Shown here: in pieces, positions 9,374 to 18,705 of the stretch
Numbering within the stretch: the first letter of the stretch is position 1
Layout of the letters: each line of letters starts with the position of its first letter
NCBI GenBank assembly: GCA_036373915.1
Contig: DASUUU010000157.1
Span: forward strand, 2,429-66,428
DNA: 64,000 nucleotides
Direction of reading: 5' to 3'
Source of the DNA: Jiangellaceae bacterium
GTDB lineage: Bacteria; Actinomycetota; Actinomycetes; Jiangellales; Jiangellaceae
The notes under the pieces: generated by a model
Database searches by the model: none
What the model was told of the DNA's origin: nothing
What the model saw: only the letters and a program-made list of their open reading frames with translations
Program-made: the position numbers and the translations under genes

Positions 9374-9811
9374 ATGTCTGCCGCCGTCGACGCGTTCTTC
9401 GAGTCCTATCGGGCCGAGTACGAGCGGGGTGATGCTTCGGCGATCAGTGCTCACTTTGCCTTTCCGCTACACGTCACAAGCGACCCCGGTGAGGACGGCA
9501 ACGCCGAAGTTGAGGTCGTCCTGGCCCATGTCGCGTCCCGGGACGAGTGGGTCTCACAAATCAACCGACTCCTGGCCGCTTACACCAAGATCGGGGTCGG
9601 CTCGGCACGCATCGCCGAGCAGGCTACCCACAAGTTGTCGCCGCGACTGTTCCAGGCGGTACTGCGCTGGGAGCTTCACGATGCCCACGGTGACCTGCTG
9701 TACCACTTCGACGCCGCCTACACGCTGGCAGCGATCGACGGCTCCCTGCGCATCACCGCCCTCGCTCACAACGAGCAACCCAAACTGCTGGCACTTCTTG
9801 CCCACCAGTGA
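9374..9811 (+). CDS. hypothetical protein (possibly NTF2/SnoaL-like fold)
   Basis: ATG 9374 lies 4 nt after GGAGGTG. 145 aa. The fold guess rests only on size and the N-terminal FFESYRAEYERGDASAISAHF pattern. Confidence 0.5.
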   Translation: MSAAVDAFFESYRAEYERGDASAISAHFAFPLHVTSDPGEDGNAEVEVVLAHVASRDEWVSQINRLLAAYTKIGVGSARIAEQATHKLSPRLFQAVLRWELHDAHGDLLYHFDAAYTLAAIDGSLRITALAHNEQPKLLALLAHQ

Positions 9812-9881
9812 CGCTAATCCGCGCGACACGAGGGCGCGCAGCGCCGCAGGTCTCGTTCGACAATCCCCGCGCGTCGTCTGC

Positions 9882-10520
9882 TCACACATCTGAACCCCGC
9901 GGAATGCCCAGCGTTGCCAGCAGGTCCTCGTGGAACTGAATCCACACGGTGTGGCAGGAGTCGAGCTCGGGACCGTCCACCCAATGCCGCTGGCCGGCGT
10001 CGACCTTCGCCAGTGCGGCGGAGTACCGGTCGGCATAGCCGGCGAACCGCTGCAAGCAGGCTGTCAGGCGGGTGCACAACTGGCTGAACGACCGGTTCAG
10101 TGCTGCAAGCGTCCGAAGGACTCGTTCGTCCCATCTCCAGTCGGTGTGATCGTTGAACGCCATCGGGTCGGCCCTGGTCGGGCGGATCTGCCAGTTGGTG
10201 CATGCGATGCCGAACCGCTGGTTGAGCGGGACGAACTCGGCATGGGCGCGCGTGACGGCATCACGGGCGCCGGCTTGATCGAGCTCGATCGCCAGGCGTC
10301 GCTCATTCTCGACCCGGCCCGCGCCGGTCAGGGACCAACCCGAATCACCAGCGAAGCTCGAGTGGCTGACCCATCCTCGTGCCTCGAAGTCCAGCAGCGC
10401 CTCGTCGACCACGCCGGCGTCGAGCCCGAACCGTGCGGCGATCCGATTTGCCGATGCGAAACCGAGCACCCGCGCCCCGTGCACCGCTAGATCCTCTGGG
10501 CGGGAGACATACGCCCTCAT
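9882..10520 (-). CDS. hypothetical protein with a putative winged-helix N-terminus
   Basis: Start moved to ATG 10520, one nt after the upstream gene's TGA. The track's 5' extension overlaps that gene. Confidence 0.5.
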   Translation of the reverse strand: MRAYVSRPEDLAVHGARVLGFASANRIAARFGLDAGVVDEALLDFEARGWVSHSSFAGDSGWSLTGAGRVENERRLAIELDQAGARDAVTRAHAEFVPLNQRFGIACTNWQIRPTRADPMAFNDHTDWRWDERVLRTLAALNRSFSQLCTRLTACLQRFAGYADRYSAALAKVDAGQRHWVDGPELDSCHTVWIQFHEDLLATLGIPRGSDV

Positions 10521-10521
10521 C

Positions 10522-10923
10522 TCAGGACTCCGAGCGAGACTCGACGCGACCGGTGAGGCGGTCATATCGCTGTAGGGCCGCTTGAGCGGAGCCAAGGCCC
10601 ATCTCGCGCGCAATACGCGCCCACGACAAGCCCTGCGCGCGGGCGGCGAACAGCATCCCCGTTTCAAGCTGGTCCATCTCCGCCCGGGCAGCCGGAATCA
10701 GCGCGAGGGCGGCCTCGACCTCGTCGTCGGCCAGAGTCCCGCTCTGGCTGCGCCAAACCGCGAACCGGACGAGGTCGGTCGAATACGGTGGTTGCGCAGG
10801 GTGCAGCCACGGGGCCCGCGGTAGTCCCGAGGCGCCCGCATGCAGCAGGCGCTGGCATGCGCTGTGCTCGCGGGCTGCACGCTGCTGGTCTGGATCGGTC
10901 GGCATGCCGCCAGCATGAGACAT
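10522..10923 (-). CDS. small HTH protein
   Basis: C-terminal GLSWARIAREMGLGSAQAALQRYD motif, related to the one in 5821-6087. Start uncertain (10923 or 10905). Confidence 0.5.
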   Translation of the reverse strand: MSHAGGMPTDPDQQRAAREHSACQRLLHAGASGLPRAPWLHPAQPPYSTDLVRFAVWRSQSGTLADDEVEAALALIPAARAEMDQLETGMLFAARAQGLSWARIAREMGLGSAQAALQRYDRLTGRVESRSES

Positions 10924-10950
10924 CAACAATCTGTTGTCAACAATCTGTTG
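10924..10950. promoter_or_regulatory. two tandem 13-bp palindromes (CAACAATCTGTTG) directly upstream of the HTH gene
   Basis: Identical copies at 10924-10936 and 10938-10950. An AT-rich island in GC-rich DNA. Confidence 0.45.
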
Positions 10951-11061
10951 ATAGAGACGGAAAGTCCTCAATGCCGGCGATCGAGCTTCTGTGCGATTGC
11001 GGCATCGACGGTCCTAGGGGACGAAGCAATTCGCTATGACGGAGCCATCTAAGGTTGGCCC

Positions 11062-11871
11062 ATGATCGAGGTCTGCTTCTCCGGCGTCACAGGGTGGACG
11101 GCCACACCGATAGTCGCGGCGATCGACGCAGCTGATGATCTGCAGTTGAGGTGCGGCGTATCCAGGTCGGCAGCCGGGCGAACGCTGGCCGACGCGGTGG
11201 GCTCCAGCAGCGACGGACCCGTCTACGCCTCCGTCGCCGAGGCGCTGCGATCCGCTAAGCCGGACGTCCTCGTCGACTACACGAGCGCCTCAGCGGTGCG
11301 AGAGAACGTCTGGACTGCGGTGCGCGCCGGCGTGAATGTGGTCGTCGGGTCCAGCGGCCTGACGGCGGACGACTACGCAGAGCTGGACCGGCTGGCGCGC
11401 GACCACGGTGTGGGCGTGATCGCCGCAGGCAACTTCTCCATCATGGCCGCGGTTCTGCAACGGGCCGCAGCGATGGCGGCTGAACGCTTGGATCATTGGG
11501 AGATCGTCGACTACGCCAGTGCGGGCAAGCCGGATGTCCCCAGCGGAACGTCAAGGGAGCTGGCCGAGACCATGGCCCAAGTCCGCGTTTCTGCCTCTGC
11601 GCGACCGCTGTCGGAGCTACACGGGCCGGTCGAGGCACGGGGAGCCGAGGTGGGAGGTACCCGGATCCACTCCGTGCGGCTGCCGAGCTTCGTGGCAACC
11701 ACGGAGGTCATCTTCGGCGGTACCGGCGAGCGGCTGACCATGCGGCACGACGCGGGCGGGGGCCCCGAACCCTACGTGGCCGGCACCTTACTCGCCATCC
11801 GCCGGGTAGCCGACATGCCCGGCGTACGCAGAGGGCTCAGCTCGCTGCTGTTCGACGACGGCTCGCACTGA
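11062..11871 (+). CDS. dihydrodipicolinate reductase (DapB) family protein
   Basis: N-terminal GVTGWTA nucleotide-binding loop, then VVGSSGL...IAAGNFSIMA and DVPSGTSRELAE, as in DapB-type reductases. Confidence 0.7.
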   Translation: MIEVCFSGVTGWTATPIVAAIDAADDLQLRCGVSRSAAGRTLADAVGSSSDGPVYASVAEALRSAKPDVLVDYTSASAVRENVWTAVRAGVNVVVGSSGLTADDYAELDRLARDHGVGVIAAGNFSIMAAVLQRAAAMAAERLDHWEIVDYASAGKPDVPSGTSRELAETMAQVRVSASARPLSELHGPVEARGAEVGGTRIHSVRLPSFVATTEVIFGGTGERLTMRHDAGGGPEPYVAGTLLAIRRVADMPGVRRGLSSLLFDDGSH

Positions 11872-11884
11872 GATCGTCGAGGTG

Positions 11885-12307
11885 TCAGGCCTCACACCGG
11901 GCCTTGAGGCCGCGGACCTCGATGTCAAGGTATTCGTTGGTGAGCCGCTTAGTCAGCGTGCCCATCAACGGTCCGAGCAGCCCGGCCTGCTCAAGCGAGG
12001 CGGTCGCCGTGGCTCGACCGTCCCCGCCCAACGGAGTGACCACGTGGCTGCCGGTGGAGACGACTCCTGGACCCCGCGCCACCCAGGTGAACGAGCGGTC
12101 GGGCACCAACTCGGTGACCTCCCAGACCGCCGCAGGAAGGCGCGGCTGCCTGATCCGGGCACGAGAACCGACCCGCAGCGGACCGTCGTCCAACCGCTCG
12201 ACACTCGTCACGCTCTTCGTCCATTCCGGCCAGCGCTCGACGTCGCTGTAGACGGCGAAGACGCGTTCGGCAGGGGCCGCAATTTCGATCGAGGCCTCAA
12301 ATCGCAT
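11885..12307 (-). CDS. SRPBCC (polyketide cyclase/dehydrase-like) family protein
   Basis: MRFEASIEIAAPAERVFAVYSDVERWPEWTKSV. Start moved to ATG 12307. Confidence 0.75.
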   Translation of the reverse strand: MRFEASIEIAAPAERVFAVYSDVERWPEWTKSVTSVERLDDGPLRVGSRARIRQPRLPAAVWEVTELVPDRSFTWVARGPGVVSTGSHVVTPLGGDGRATATASLEQAGLLGPLMGTLTKRLTNEYLDIEVRGLKARCEA

Positions 12308-12365
12308 GTGGTGACCATACGCGCAAGGGTGCTGCCCCTTACGCGCCGGAGGTAGGTTTCCGAGG

Positions 12366-12800
12366 ATGGAGCAACGCATCAGCCTGATCACACTTGGTGT
12401 CGCCGACGTGGGCCGGGCCAAGGAGTTTTATGAGCGGCTCGGCTGGCAGGGCCAGGAGGTCGAGGAGACCGTGTTCTTCCAAGCGGGCGGCACCGTTGTC
12501 GTTCTATGGGGGCGCGACAAGCTCGCCGACGATGCAGGGATCGACGATGTGAATCGCGGGGGCTTCGGCGGAATCGCCATAGCGCACAACGTCCGGTCCC
12601 GGGCCGAGGTCGACGACGTGCTGGCCGATGCAGCGGACGCCGGGGCCGCGATCACACGAGCCGCGCGGGAGACCTTCTACGGCGGCTTTGCGGGCTGCTT
12701 CACCGACCCGGACGGCCATGTGTGGGAGATCGCCTACAACCCGGGGTTTACCTTCGGGCCGGATGGTTCGGTCATCCTCCCCGACTTCGGGGGAACGTAG
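12366..12800 (+). CDS. VOC (glyoxalase/bleomycin-resistance) family protein
   Basis: ISLITLGVADVGRAKEFYERLGW and a C-terminal DPDGHVWEIAYNP. Confidence 0.8.
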   Translation: MEQRISLITLGVADVGRAKEFYERLGWQGQEVEETVFFQAGGTVVVLWGRDKLADDAGIDDVNRGGFGGIAIAHNVRSRAEVDDVLADAADAGAAITRAARETFYGGFAGCFTDPDGHVWEIAYNPGFTFGPDGSVILPDFGGT

Positions 12801-12863
12801 CAGCGTCTATCGCCGCGACATGTAAGGCGTCTAGAGTGCCTTCACTGGTATGAAGGAGGGGGC

Positions 12864-14393
12864 ATGATCAGCTTCCATAACAAGACGATGACCGGCGCAG
12901 CAGCCGCGCTGGTAGCCGTCGGAGCACTCGCGATCTCCGGAGGTGCAGCAGCGGCTCCAGAGACCACGGGTGAGCCACGGTACACAGAAGGGGCCGCCGG
13001 CGCCGGCGACGCGTACTTTCCGTACTCGGGCAATGGCGGGTACGACGTGCAGCACTACGACCTGGACATCACCTACACCCCGCCGGACCCGGAACCGGCG
13101 CCGATCGAAGGACAGCTCGAGGGAGTTGTCACCATCGACCTCGTCGCGACACAGGATCTCGACCGGTTCAACCTGGACCTGCGCGGCATGACGGTCCGGT
13201 CGATGACGATCAATGGCAAACCCGCGGAGGGAATCACGCCGCCGGACGCGGGCGTCGAGGTGGAAGGCCGAGCGTACTGGCAGGTGCAGGACGATGCCGC
13301 CCGGATCTGGGAACTGACCGTTCAGCCGCGGCCCAAGATCAAGACGGGTGAGAGCGCTCGGCTCGTCATCGAGTACGGCGGAACGACGATCCGGCCAGAA
13401 GACATCGACGGCTTCTTGTACGGCTGGGTGACGACCCGTGACGGCGCCATGGTCGTCAGTGAGCCCGAAGGCGCTATGACCTGGTACCCGGTCAGCGACC
13501 ACCAGACCGACAAGGCGACCTATAGCTTCGAGATCACCGTGCCAGAGGGCAAGGTGGCGGTGGCCAACGGCCTGCCGGCCAAGGACCCGGAAACGCAGGA
13601 CGGTTGGACGACGTGGTACTGGGACGCACCCGACCTGCAGGCCAGCTACCTGACGACGGCATCGGTCGGCGACTTCGACCTGCGCGAGACGCACTACTCG
13701 TCCAGCGGTGTCCCGATCATCGACGCCGTCGATACCAAGCTTTCGACGAGCGCATTGGACACAACGAACAACAGCCTGGCCCTTCAGGGCGACATGATCG
13801 ACTTTTTTGAGGGCCGGTTCGGTGACTACCCGTTCAACTCGTACGGTTCGATCGTCGACGACGACAGCGTCGGCTATGCGCTCGAGACGCAGACCCGGCC
13901 GGTGTACTCGAGGGTGGCGCGCGAAGGCACGGTCGCCCACGAACTCGCCCACCAGTGGCTCGGCAACGCGGTGAGTCCCGAGCGCTGGCATTCCATCTGG
14001 CTCAATGAGGGTTGGGCCACTTACGCGACCTGGCTGTGGAACGAAGAACGTGGTATCCGGACCGCGCAGCAGTCCTACAACAACTGGTACGCCCCAGCCC
14101 GCACCCCCGGCTACTGGTCGTTCCAGATCGGTGATCCGGGACCGCACGGGCTGTTCAACGGCCAGGTCTACGACCGAGGCGCAGCGACGCTGCATGCGCT
14201 GCGGGTCGAAGTAGGCGACGAAGCGTTCTTCGACGCCGCGCGATTGTGGGTGGAGCGCTACGACGACTCCGCAGCAACGTCCGAGGACTTCCAGGCCGTG
14301 TACGAAGAGGTCTCAGGTGAGGATTTGGACTGGTTCTTCGAGATCTGGCTGTGGGACCAGGTGAAGCCGCCGGCCACCTGGACGCTTCCGTAA
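12864..14393 (+). CDS. M1 family metallopeptidase, secreted
   Basis: HELAHQWLGN plus WLNEGWATY. N-terminal signal peptide. Paralogue of 1301-2845. Confidence 0.85.
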   Translation: MISFHNKTMTGAAAALVAVGALAISGGAAAAPETTGEPRYTEGAAGAGDAYFPYSGNGGYDVQHYDLDITYTPPDPEPAPIEGQLEGVVTIDLVATQDLDRFNLDLRGMTVRSMTINGKPAEGITPPDAGVEVEGRAYWQVQDDAARIWELTVQPRPKIKTGESARLVIEYGGTTIRPEDIDGFLYGWVTTRDGAMVVSEPEGAMTWYPVSDHQTDKATYSFEITVPEGKVAVANGLPAKDPETQDGWTTWYWDAPDLQASYLTTASVGDFDLRETHYSSSGVPIIDAVDTKLSTSALDTTNNSLALQGDMIDFFEGRFGDYPFNSYGSIVDDDSVGYALETQTRPVYSRVAREGTVAHELAHQWLGNAVSPERWHSIWLNEGWATYATWLWNEERGIRTAQQSYNNWYAPARTPGYWSFQIGDPGPHGLFNGQVYDRGAATLHALRVEVGDEAFFDAARLWVERYDDSAATSEDFQAVYEEVSGEDLDWFFEIWLWDQVKPPATWTLP

Positions 14394-14402
14394 GTGGCGA
14401 CA

Positions 14403-14439
14403 CCGCCGCGTCAGGGATCACCGGACCCTGACGCGGCGG
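14403..14439. terminator. bidirectional terminator hairpin between convergent genes
   Basis: CCGCCGCGTCAGGG-9 nt-CCCTGACGCGGCGG, a perfect 14-bp stem. Confidence 0.7.
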
Positions 14440-14449
14440 TCTGGCTTGC

Positions 14450-16828
14450 CTAGCTCACCGGCGGCACGTAGATCGACACCAGTGCACTCGCGGTGTCGGA
14501 GTTGCCGTCCGCGTCCCACACCTCCAGCGTGACGGTGTAGTTCTTGTTGCCGACGTACGCATGTCCGTCGAACTCTGCCGTGAAGGTGGAGCAGTCCTGC
14601 TCGGTGCCGGACTCTTCTGGACTGTTGGCGCCGGCGCACAGCACGACGTCCTCGTCCCCGCCGCTCGACACGGTCCAGCGGAAGTACGTCCCGTCGATCG
14701 GTGTGCCGTCGCCGTCCACGGCCGACCCGACGAAGCTCACCTCAGGTGCCACGCCGGGCGGCGCCGGGTAAACGGCTCCCGACTCGGGCGCGGTGATCGT
14801 CGCAGTCGGATGGTAGTCGGGCCTCGGCTCGGCCGTAATACCGATCGAATGGCTGTCGGACTCCACGTTGTCGTGACCCGTGAAGGTGATCTGGTAGGTC
14901 CCGGGGACCATGAGCGAACCGGGGACCGTGAGGTTGTGGCCGTCGCCGGTATGGACGACCGCACCGCCGCGGACGACCTCCCACGACACCTGATCGTCCG
15001 GCAGCGTGGCGAGTCCGACCTGGCTCTGCCCGTTCAGTTCCAGCGACTCGCCCGCCCACATGGTCTCGTTGTCGTCCGGGCTGACGATCTCGACGTCCGG
15101 TGCCTCGTAACTGATCTCGACGGTGACCTCGTCCTGCGCCTGCTGGCCGCCGGAGTCCGTCGTCGTGGCGACGATCGTGTGCGTACCGGCCGGCAGCGAG
15201 TCGTCGAACACGGCGTGCCTGCCACCGACGCCGGGCTGAGTCTCCACGTCCACGCCCGGGAACTCCCAGATGATCGGCAACGGCTCGCCACTCGCGTCCC
15301 GCGCCTCGGCTTCGAAGAGGATCTCGGTGCCGAGTGCGAAGCTCGTGCCGTCGTTCGGGTCGGAGATGGTCAGGGTTGGTCCCTCGCCGACGCAGCGGTA
15401 CTCGGGATCGAACAGGTCGTAGTCATCGGCCACCTCGGCAGCGGCGACCTCGGCGGCGATGTCGCGTAGCAGCCCCGTCAACGCACCCAATGCGGCATCG
15501 GTTGCGCTCGCATTCATCGCGATCGCCACGTTGATCTCGTCGTCAGGGGCGTCGTCGAACCGTCCTGGTAGGAACTTCATGACGGCCGACGTCCCACCCA
15601 GCAGCCGGCCGTTCTTGTAGCGCTCGTTGCCACCGGTTCGCCAGTCCCAGCCATGCGGTCTGTCGGGGTGCGCGTCCGGGAACGGGATGCTCTGCATCTC
15701 GGTCACGGTGTCCGGCTCGAGCAGGCGAAGGTTGTTGCTGGTCTGGTCGATCCCGCACATGATCCGAGCCAGGTTGCGCGCCGACGCCGACCAGCCACCG
15801 GTGGCCTGGAAGTATGCGGGCTTGTTCGGATCCAGTTGACCTCCGTGCGGCCAGGCATCCAGCCCGTCGTCGATGTGTGTGTTGTTCGGGACGACGTCGT
15901 GCAGGCCGAGCTTGTCGAGCACGTGCTGCTTGGTGTAGTCCCAGTAGCCGTTGTACCTAGGACCGTCACTCGCCTCTTCGACGATGTGGCCAAGCAGGCC
16001 GAAACCGTGGTTGGAATAGCTCTCCGCAGTGCCGGGCTCGAACCTCAACGGCGCGAGGCGGTTGCCGTCGTCGTCCTTGATCATCCCTTTCAGCACGGCG
16101 AGGTGGACGCCACGGTAATCGCGCATTTCCCGGCCGTAGTACGCGTCGACATCCTCTCGGTCGCCGCTGCGCAGGAAGCCGGCCGTGTGGGTGAGCAGGT
16201 GGCGTACGGTGATCTGGCTCGCCCACTCTCGAACCTTGTTCATCTCTGCGTGGACGTAGTTCGCATGATTCAACTCGACCACGCCATCGCGCATCGCCGC
16301 CCAGTACATGCCCGGATCTTTGAGGACGGGGAAGGGGTTCACCCACTGACCCATGTCGGCCGGGGGCCATTGGGTATTGAGATCCTTGAACGGGCCAGGG
16401 TCGCCGTAGATCGGCTGGTCGAGATCGAGCTTGCCCTCCTCGGCGAGGCGCATGACCGAGATCGTGGTGAGGATCTTGGAGACGCTCCCGATCTTGCTAC
16501 GCTGCCACGGCTCCATCCTGGTCTGCTCGTCGAGCTTGGCATAGCCGTAACCCTTCGACCAGACGAGCCGGCTGCCACGCGTCACGGCAAGCGTGGCTCC
16601 GGGTAGTTGGTTGTCGTCCAGGTACTCGAGCACGAGGGCATCCACACCGTTGCCGATCGTTTGCGCCCCCTCGCCGGTAACGGGCAGCTCGCCGAGCTGG
16701 GCCGGCAGGTTTGCCTGCTGGTCCGCCTTGCAGCCGCTGACCGTGACGCTCGCCGCGGCGAGGGCCGCCAACAGCAGCGTCCGGATCCGTGCTGGCCGCC
16801 GCCGAGTTCGCTGATTCGTTCTGTCCAT
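14450..16828 (-). CDS. serine hydrolase (beta-lactamase/PBP4-like family) lipoprotein with C-terminal PKD/Ig-like repeats
   Basis: SxxK motif (GSVSKIL). Lipobox LAAASVTVSGC after an RRRP N-terminus. The C-terminal ~300 aa form beta-rich repeats. Start moved to ATG 16828. Confidence 0.8.
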   Translation of the reverse strand: MDRTNQRTRRRPARIRTLLLAALAAASVTVSGCKADQQANLPAQLGELPVTGEGAQTIGNGVDALVLEYLDDNQLPGATLAVTRGSRLVWSKGYGYAKLDEQTRMEPWQRSKIGSVSKILTTISVMRLAEEGKLDLDQPIYGDPGPFKDLNTQWPPADMGQWVNPFPVLKDPGMYWAAMRDGVVELNHANYVHAEMNKVREWASQITVRHLLTHTAGFLRSGDREDVDAYYGREMRDYRGVHLAVLKGMIKDDDGNRLAPLRFEPGTAESYSNHGFGLLGHIVEEASDGPRYNGYWDYTKQHVLDKLGLHDVVPNNTHIDDGLDAWPHGGQLDPNKPAYFQATGGWSASARNLARIMCGIDQTSNNLRLLEPDTVTEMQSIPFPDAHPDRPHGWDWRTGGNERYKNGRLLGGTSAVMKFLPGRFDDAPDDEINVAIAMNASATDAALGALTGLLRDIAAEVAAAEVADDYDLFDPEYRCVGEGPTLTISDPNDGTSFALGTEILFEAEARDASGEPLPIIWEFPGVDVETQPGVGGRHAVFDDSLPAGTHTIVATTTDSGGQQAQDEVTVEISYEAPDVEIVSPDDNETMWAGESLELNGQSQVGLATLPDDQVSWEVVRGGAVVHTGDGHNLTVPGSLMVPGTYQITFTGHDNVESDSHSIGITAEPRPDYHPTATITAPESGAVYPAPPGVAPEVSFVGSAVDGDGTPIDGTYFRWTVSSGGDEDVVLCAGANSPEESGTEQDCSTFTAEFDGHAYVGNKNYTVTLEVWDADGNSDTASALVSIYVPPVS

Positions 16829-16962
16829 CGTCGCTCCTCCGTCGCGTGCCCGGCACGCTGCCGGACACCGGCATGAGCAACGGGAGGCGGAAATGCCAAC
16901 AACTTTTCGATGGCGTAGCGTCGAAGCTGGCCGTTCAGCCATCCGGAGCTGTTGGAGGACCG

Positions 16963-17937
16963 GTGGAGCGCACGATCGACTGGGACGCCGGGACGGTCGT
17001 GACCGTCGACCAGGGGCTGCTACCCCACGAGCGCCGGACGATCCGGTTGACGACCGTGGACGAGCTGATCGAGGCGATCCAACGGCTGGCGATCCGCGGC
17101 GCCCCGGCGCTCGGCGCGGCCGGTGCTCTCGGCGTCGCGCTGTCGGCTCACCGCCACCGCGGAGACGACACCACGGTGCGCGCGGAGGCCGCTCGGCTGG
17201 CCGCCGCCCGGCCCACTGCGGTTAACCTGGCCTGGGGTGTGCAACGCGCGCTCGCCCAGCTGCCCGAGGGCCGGGACGCCGTGCTGGCCGAGGCGCTCGC
17301 CGTCCTGGACGAGGACGAGCAGGTCAACCGGGAGGCGTCGCAACGCGCTGCCGACCTCGTACTGCAGCTGTGTCGGCGCAGGCCGCTTCGCGTGCTGACC
17401 CATTGCAACACCGGCCGGCTCGCCACGGTCGCGTGGGGAACGGCGCTCGGGACCGTACGCCATCTCGCGGCGGCCGATCAGATCGAGTACGTGCTGGCCA
17501 ACGAGACCCGGCCACTACTGCAGGGCAGCCGGCTCACCGCCTATGAACTGGCCGAAGCCGGCATTCCCTACCGGGTGTGCCCTGATTCGGCGGCGTCAGT
17601 GGCGATTGCTCAAGGACTTGTCGACTGCGTGCTCGTCGGCGCCGATCGGATCGCTGGCAACGGCGATGTGGCGAACAAGGTCGGTACGTACGCCGTCGCA
17701 CTGGCCGCGGCGCGGCACGGCATCCCCTTCGTCGTGGTGGCGCCCGAATCGACCTTCGACCCGTCGCTTCCGGACGGCGGCGCGATACCCATCGAGGAGC
17801 GTGCGGCCGAGGAGGTCACGCATGTCGGCGGGCGGCCGGTCGCTCCTGCGGGGGCGGACGCGTTCAACCCGGCGTTCGACGTGACGCCGGCTGATCTGGT
17901 GACCGCGATCGTCACCGAGCGCCGCATCGTCAGGTGA
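16963..17937 (+). CDS. mtnA: S-methyl-5-thioribose-1-phosphate isomerase
   Basis: IDWDAGTVVTVDQGLLPHE...IRGAPALGAAGALGVAL, CNTGRLAT and GADRIAGNGDVANKVGTY. GTG 16963 follows GGAGGA. The track start overlaps the divergent gene. Confidence 0.8.
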   Translation: MERTIDWDAGTVVTVDQGLLPHERRTIRLTTVDELIEAIQRLAIRGAPALGAAGALGVALSAHRHRGDDTTVRAEAARLAAARPTAVNLAWGVQRALAQLPEGRDAVLAEALAVLDEDEQVNREASQRAADLVLQLCRRRPLRVLTHCNTGRLATVAWGTALGTVRHLAAADQIEYVLANETRPLLQGSRLTAYELAEAGIPYRVCPDSAASVAIAQGLVDCVLVGADRIAGNGDVANKVGTYAVALAAARHGIPFVVVAPESTFDPSLPDGGAIPIEERAAEEVTHVGGRPVAPAGADAFNPAFDVTPADLVTAIVTERRIVR

Positions 17938-18577
17938 CCTCACGCCGGGACGCTCCGTACTCGGCGATCTTGTGAGACACCTTCTCGATCTCCTCCGCTG
18001 GAAGCAGTCGCGGCCGGCCATGAGCGCTCGCCCGCAACCACACGTCGCACAGCCACTCCAGGTAAACCGCTCTCGTGTACGCCTCGGCAAGCGTGTCACC
18101 GATGGCGACAGTCCCGTGGTTGCCGAGAATGCACGCGGTACGTCCGTCGAGCGCTTCGATGGCACGCGCCGCAAGCTCGCCGGTGCCGTATGTCGCGTAC
18201 GGGGCGACCCGGACGGGGCCGCCGAACATGGCGATCAGGTAGTGGATCGGCGGCAGTTCATCGGCGAGCGTGGACACGGCCGTGGCCGCTGTGGAGTGGG
18301 TGTGCACGACGGCTCGCGTCCCGGTCCCTTCGTACACCGCCAAGTGCATCGGCATCTCGGTTGTCGGTGCGAATGGTGCCTCGACCGGTGTGCCGTCGAG
18401 CCGGTGGACGCCCACCTGATCCGGCGTCAACTCGTCGTAGTCGACCCCACTCGGCGTCACCGCCACCAGATCACCGGACCGGACCGAGATGTTGCCCGAC
18501 GTTGCGACCACGAGGCCATCTGGACGCAGCCTGCGACAGTACGCGACGATCTCGCGCCGCCCGTCCTCCAGCACCAT
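17930..18577 (-). CDS. class II aldolase/adducin family protein (possible methylthioribulose-1-phosphate dehydratase)
   Basis: VVHTHSTAATAVS zinc-ligand region. Convergent 8-nt overlap with mtnA. Confidence 0.7.
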   Translation of the reverse strand: MVLEDGRREIVAYCRRLRPDGLVVATSGNISVRSGDLVAVTPSGVDYDELTPDQVGVHRLDGTPVEAPFAPTTEMPMHLAVYEGTGTRAVVHTHSTAATAVSTLADELPPIHYLIAMFGGPVRVAPYATYGTGELAARAIEALDGRTACILGNHGTVAIGDTLAEAYTRAVYLEWLCDVWLRASAHGRPRLLPAEEIEKVSHKIAEYGASRREVT

Positions 18578-18705
18578 GACCGCATCGTCTCAGCTCACCC
18601 CTGATGGGCGGCTATCCACGCAGCCTATGAACTCTCTCGCGATACGGGACGTGCCCGCCGGGTACATATCCAGCGGGCCAAGGGGCGAGCGAAGGGGCAC
18701 GGGCG

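Noticed and set aside
12831-14195. 454-aa minus-strand ORF opposite the second M1 peptidase. Similar long antisense ORFs: 18625-19887, 19671-20432, 25230-26177, 29754-31043, 31095-32225, 33687-34973, 35329-36180 and 35412-36332.
   Set aside because: These are typical high-GC shadow ORFs. Their translations are Arg/Gly/Pro/Val-rich with no motifs. The opposite strand carries genes with clear catalytic signatures.
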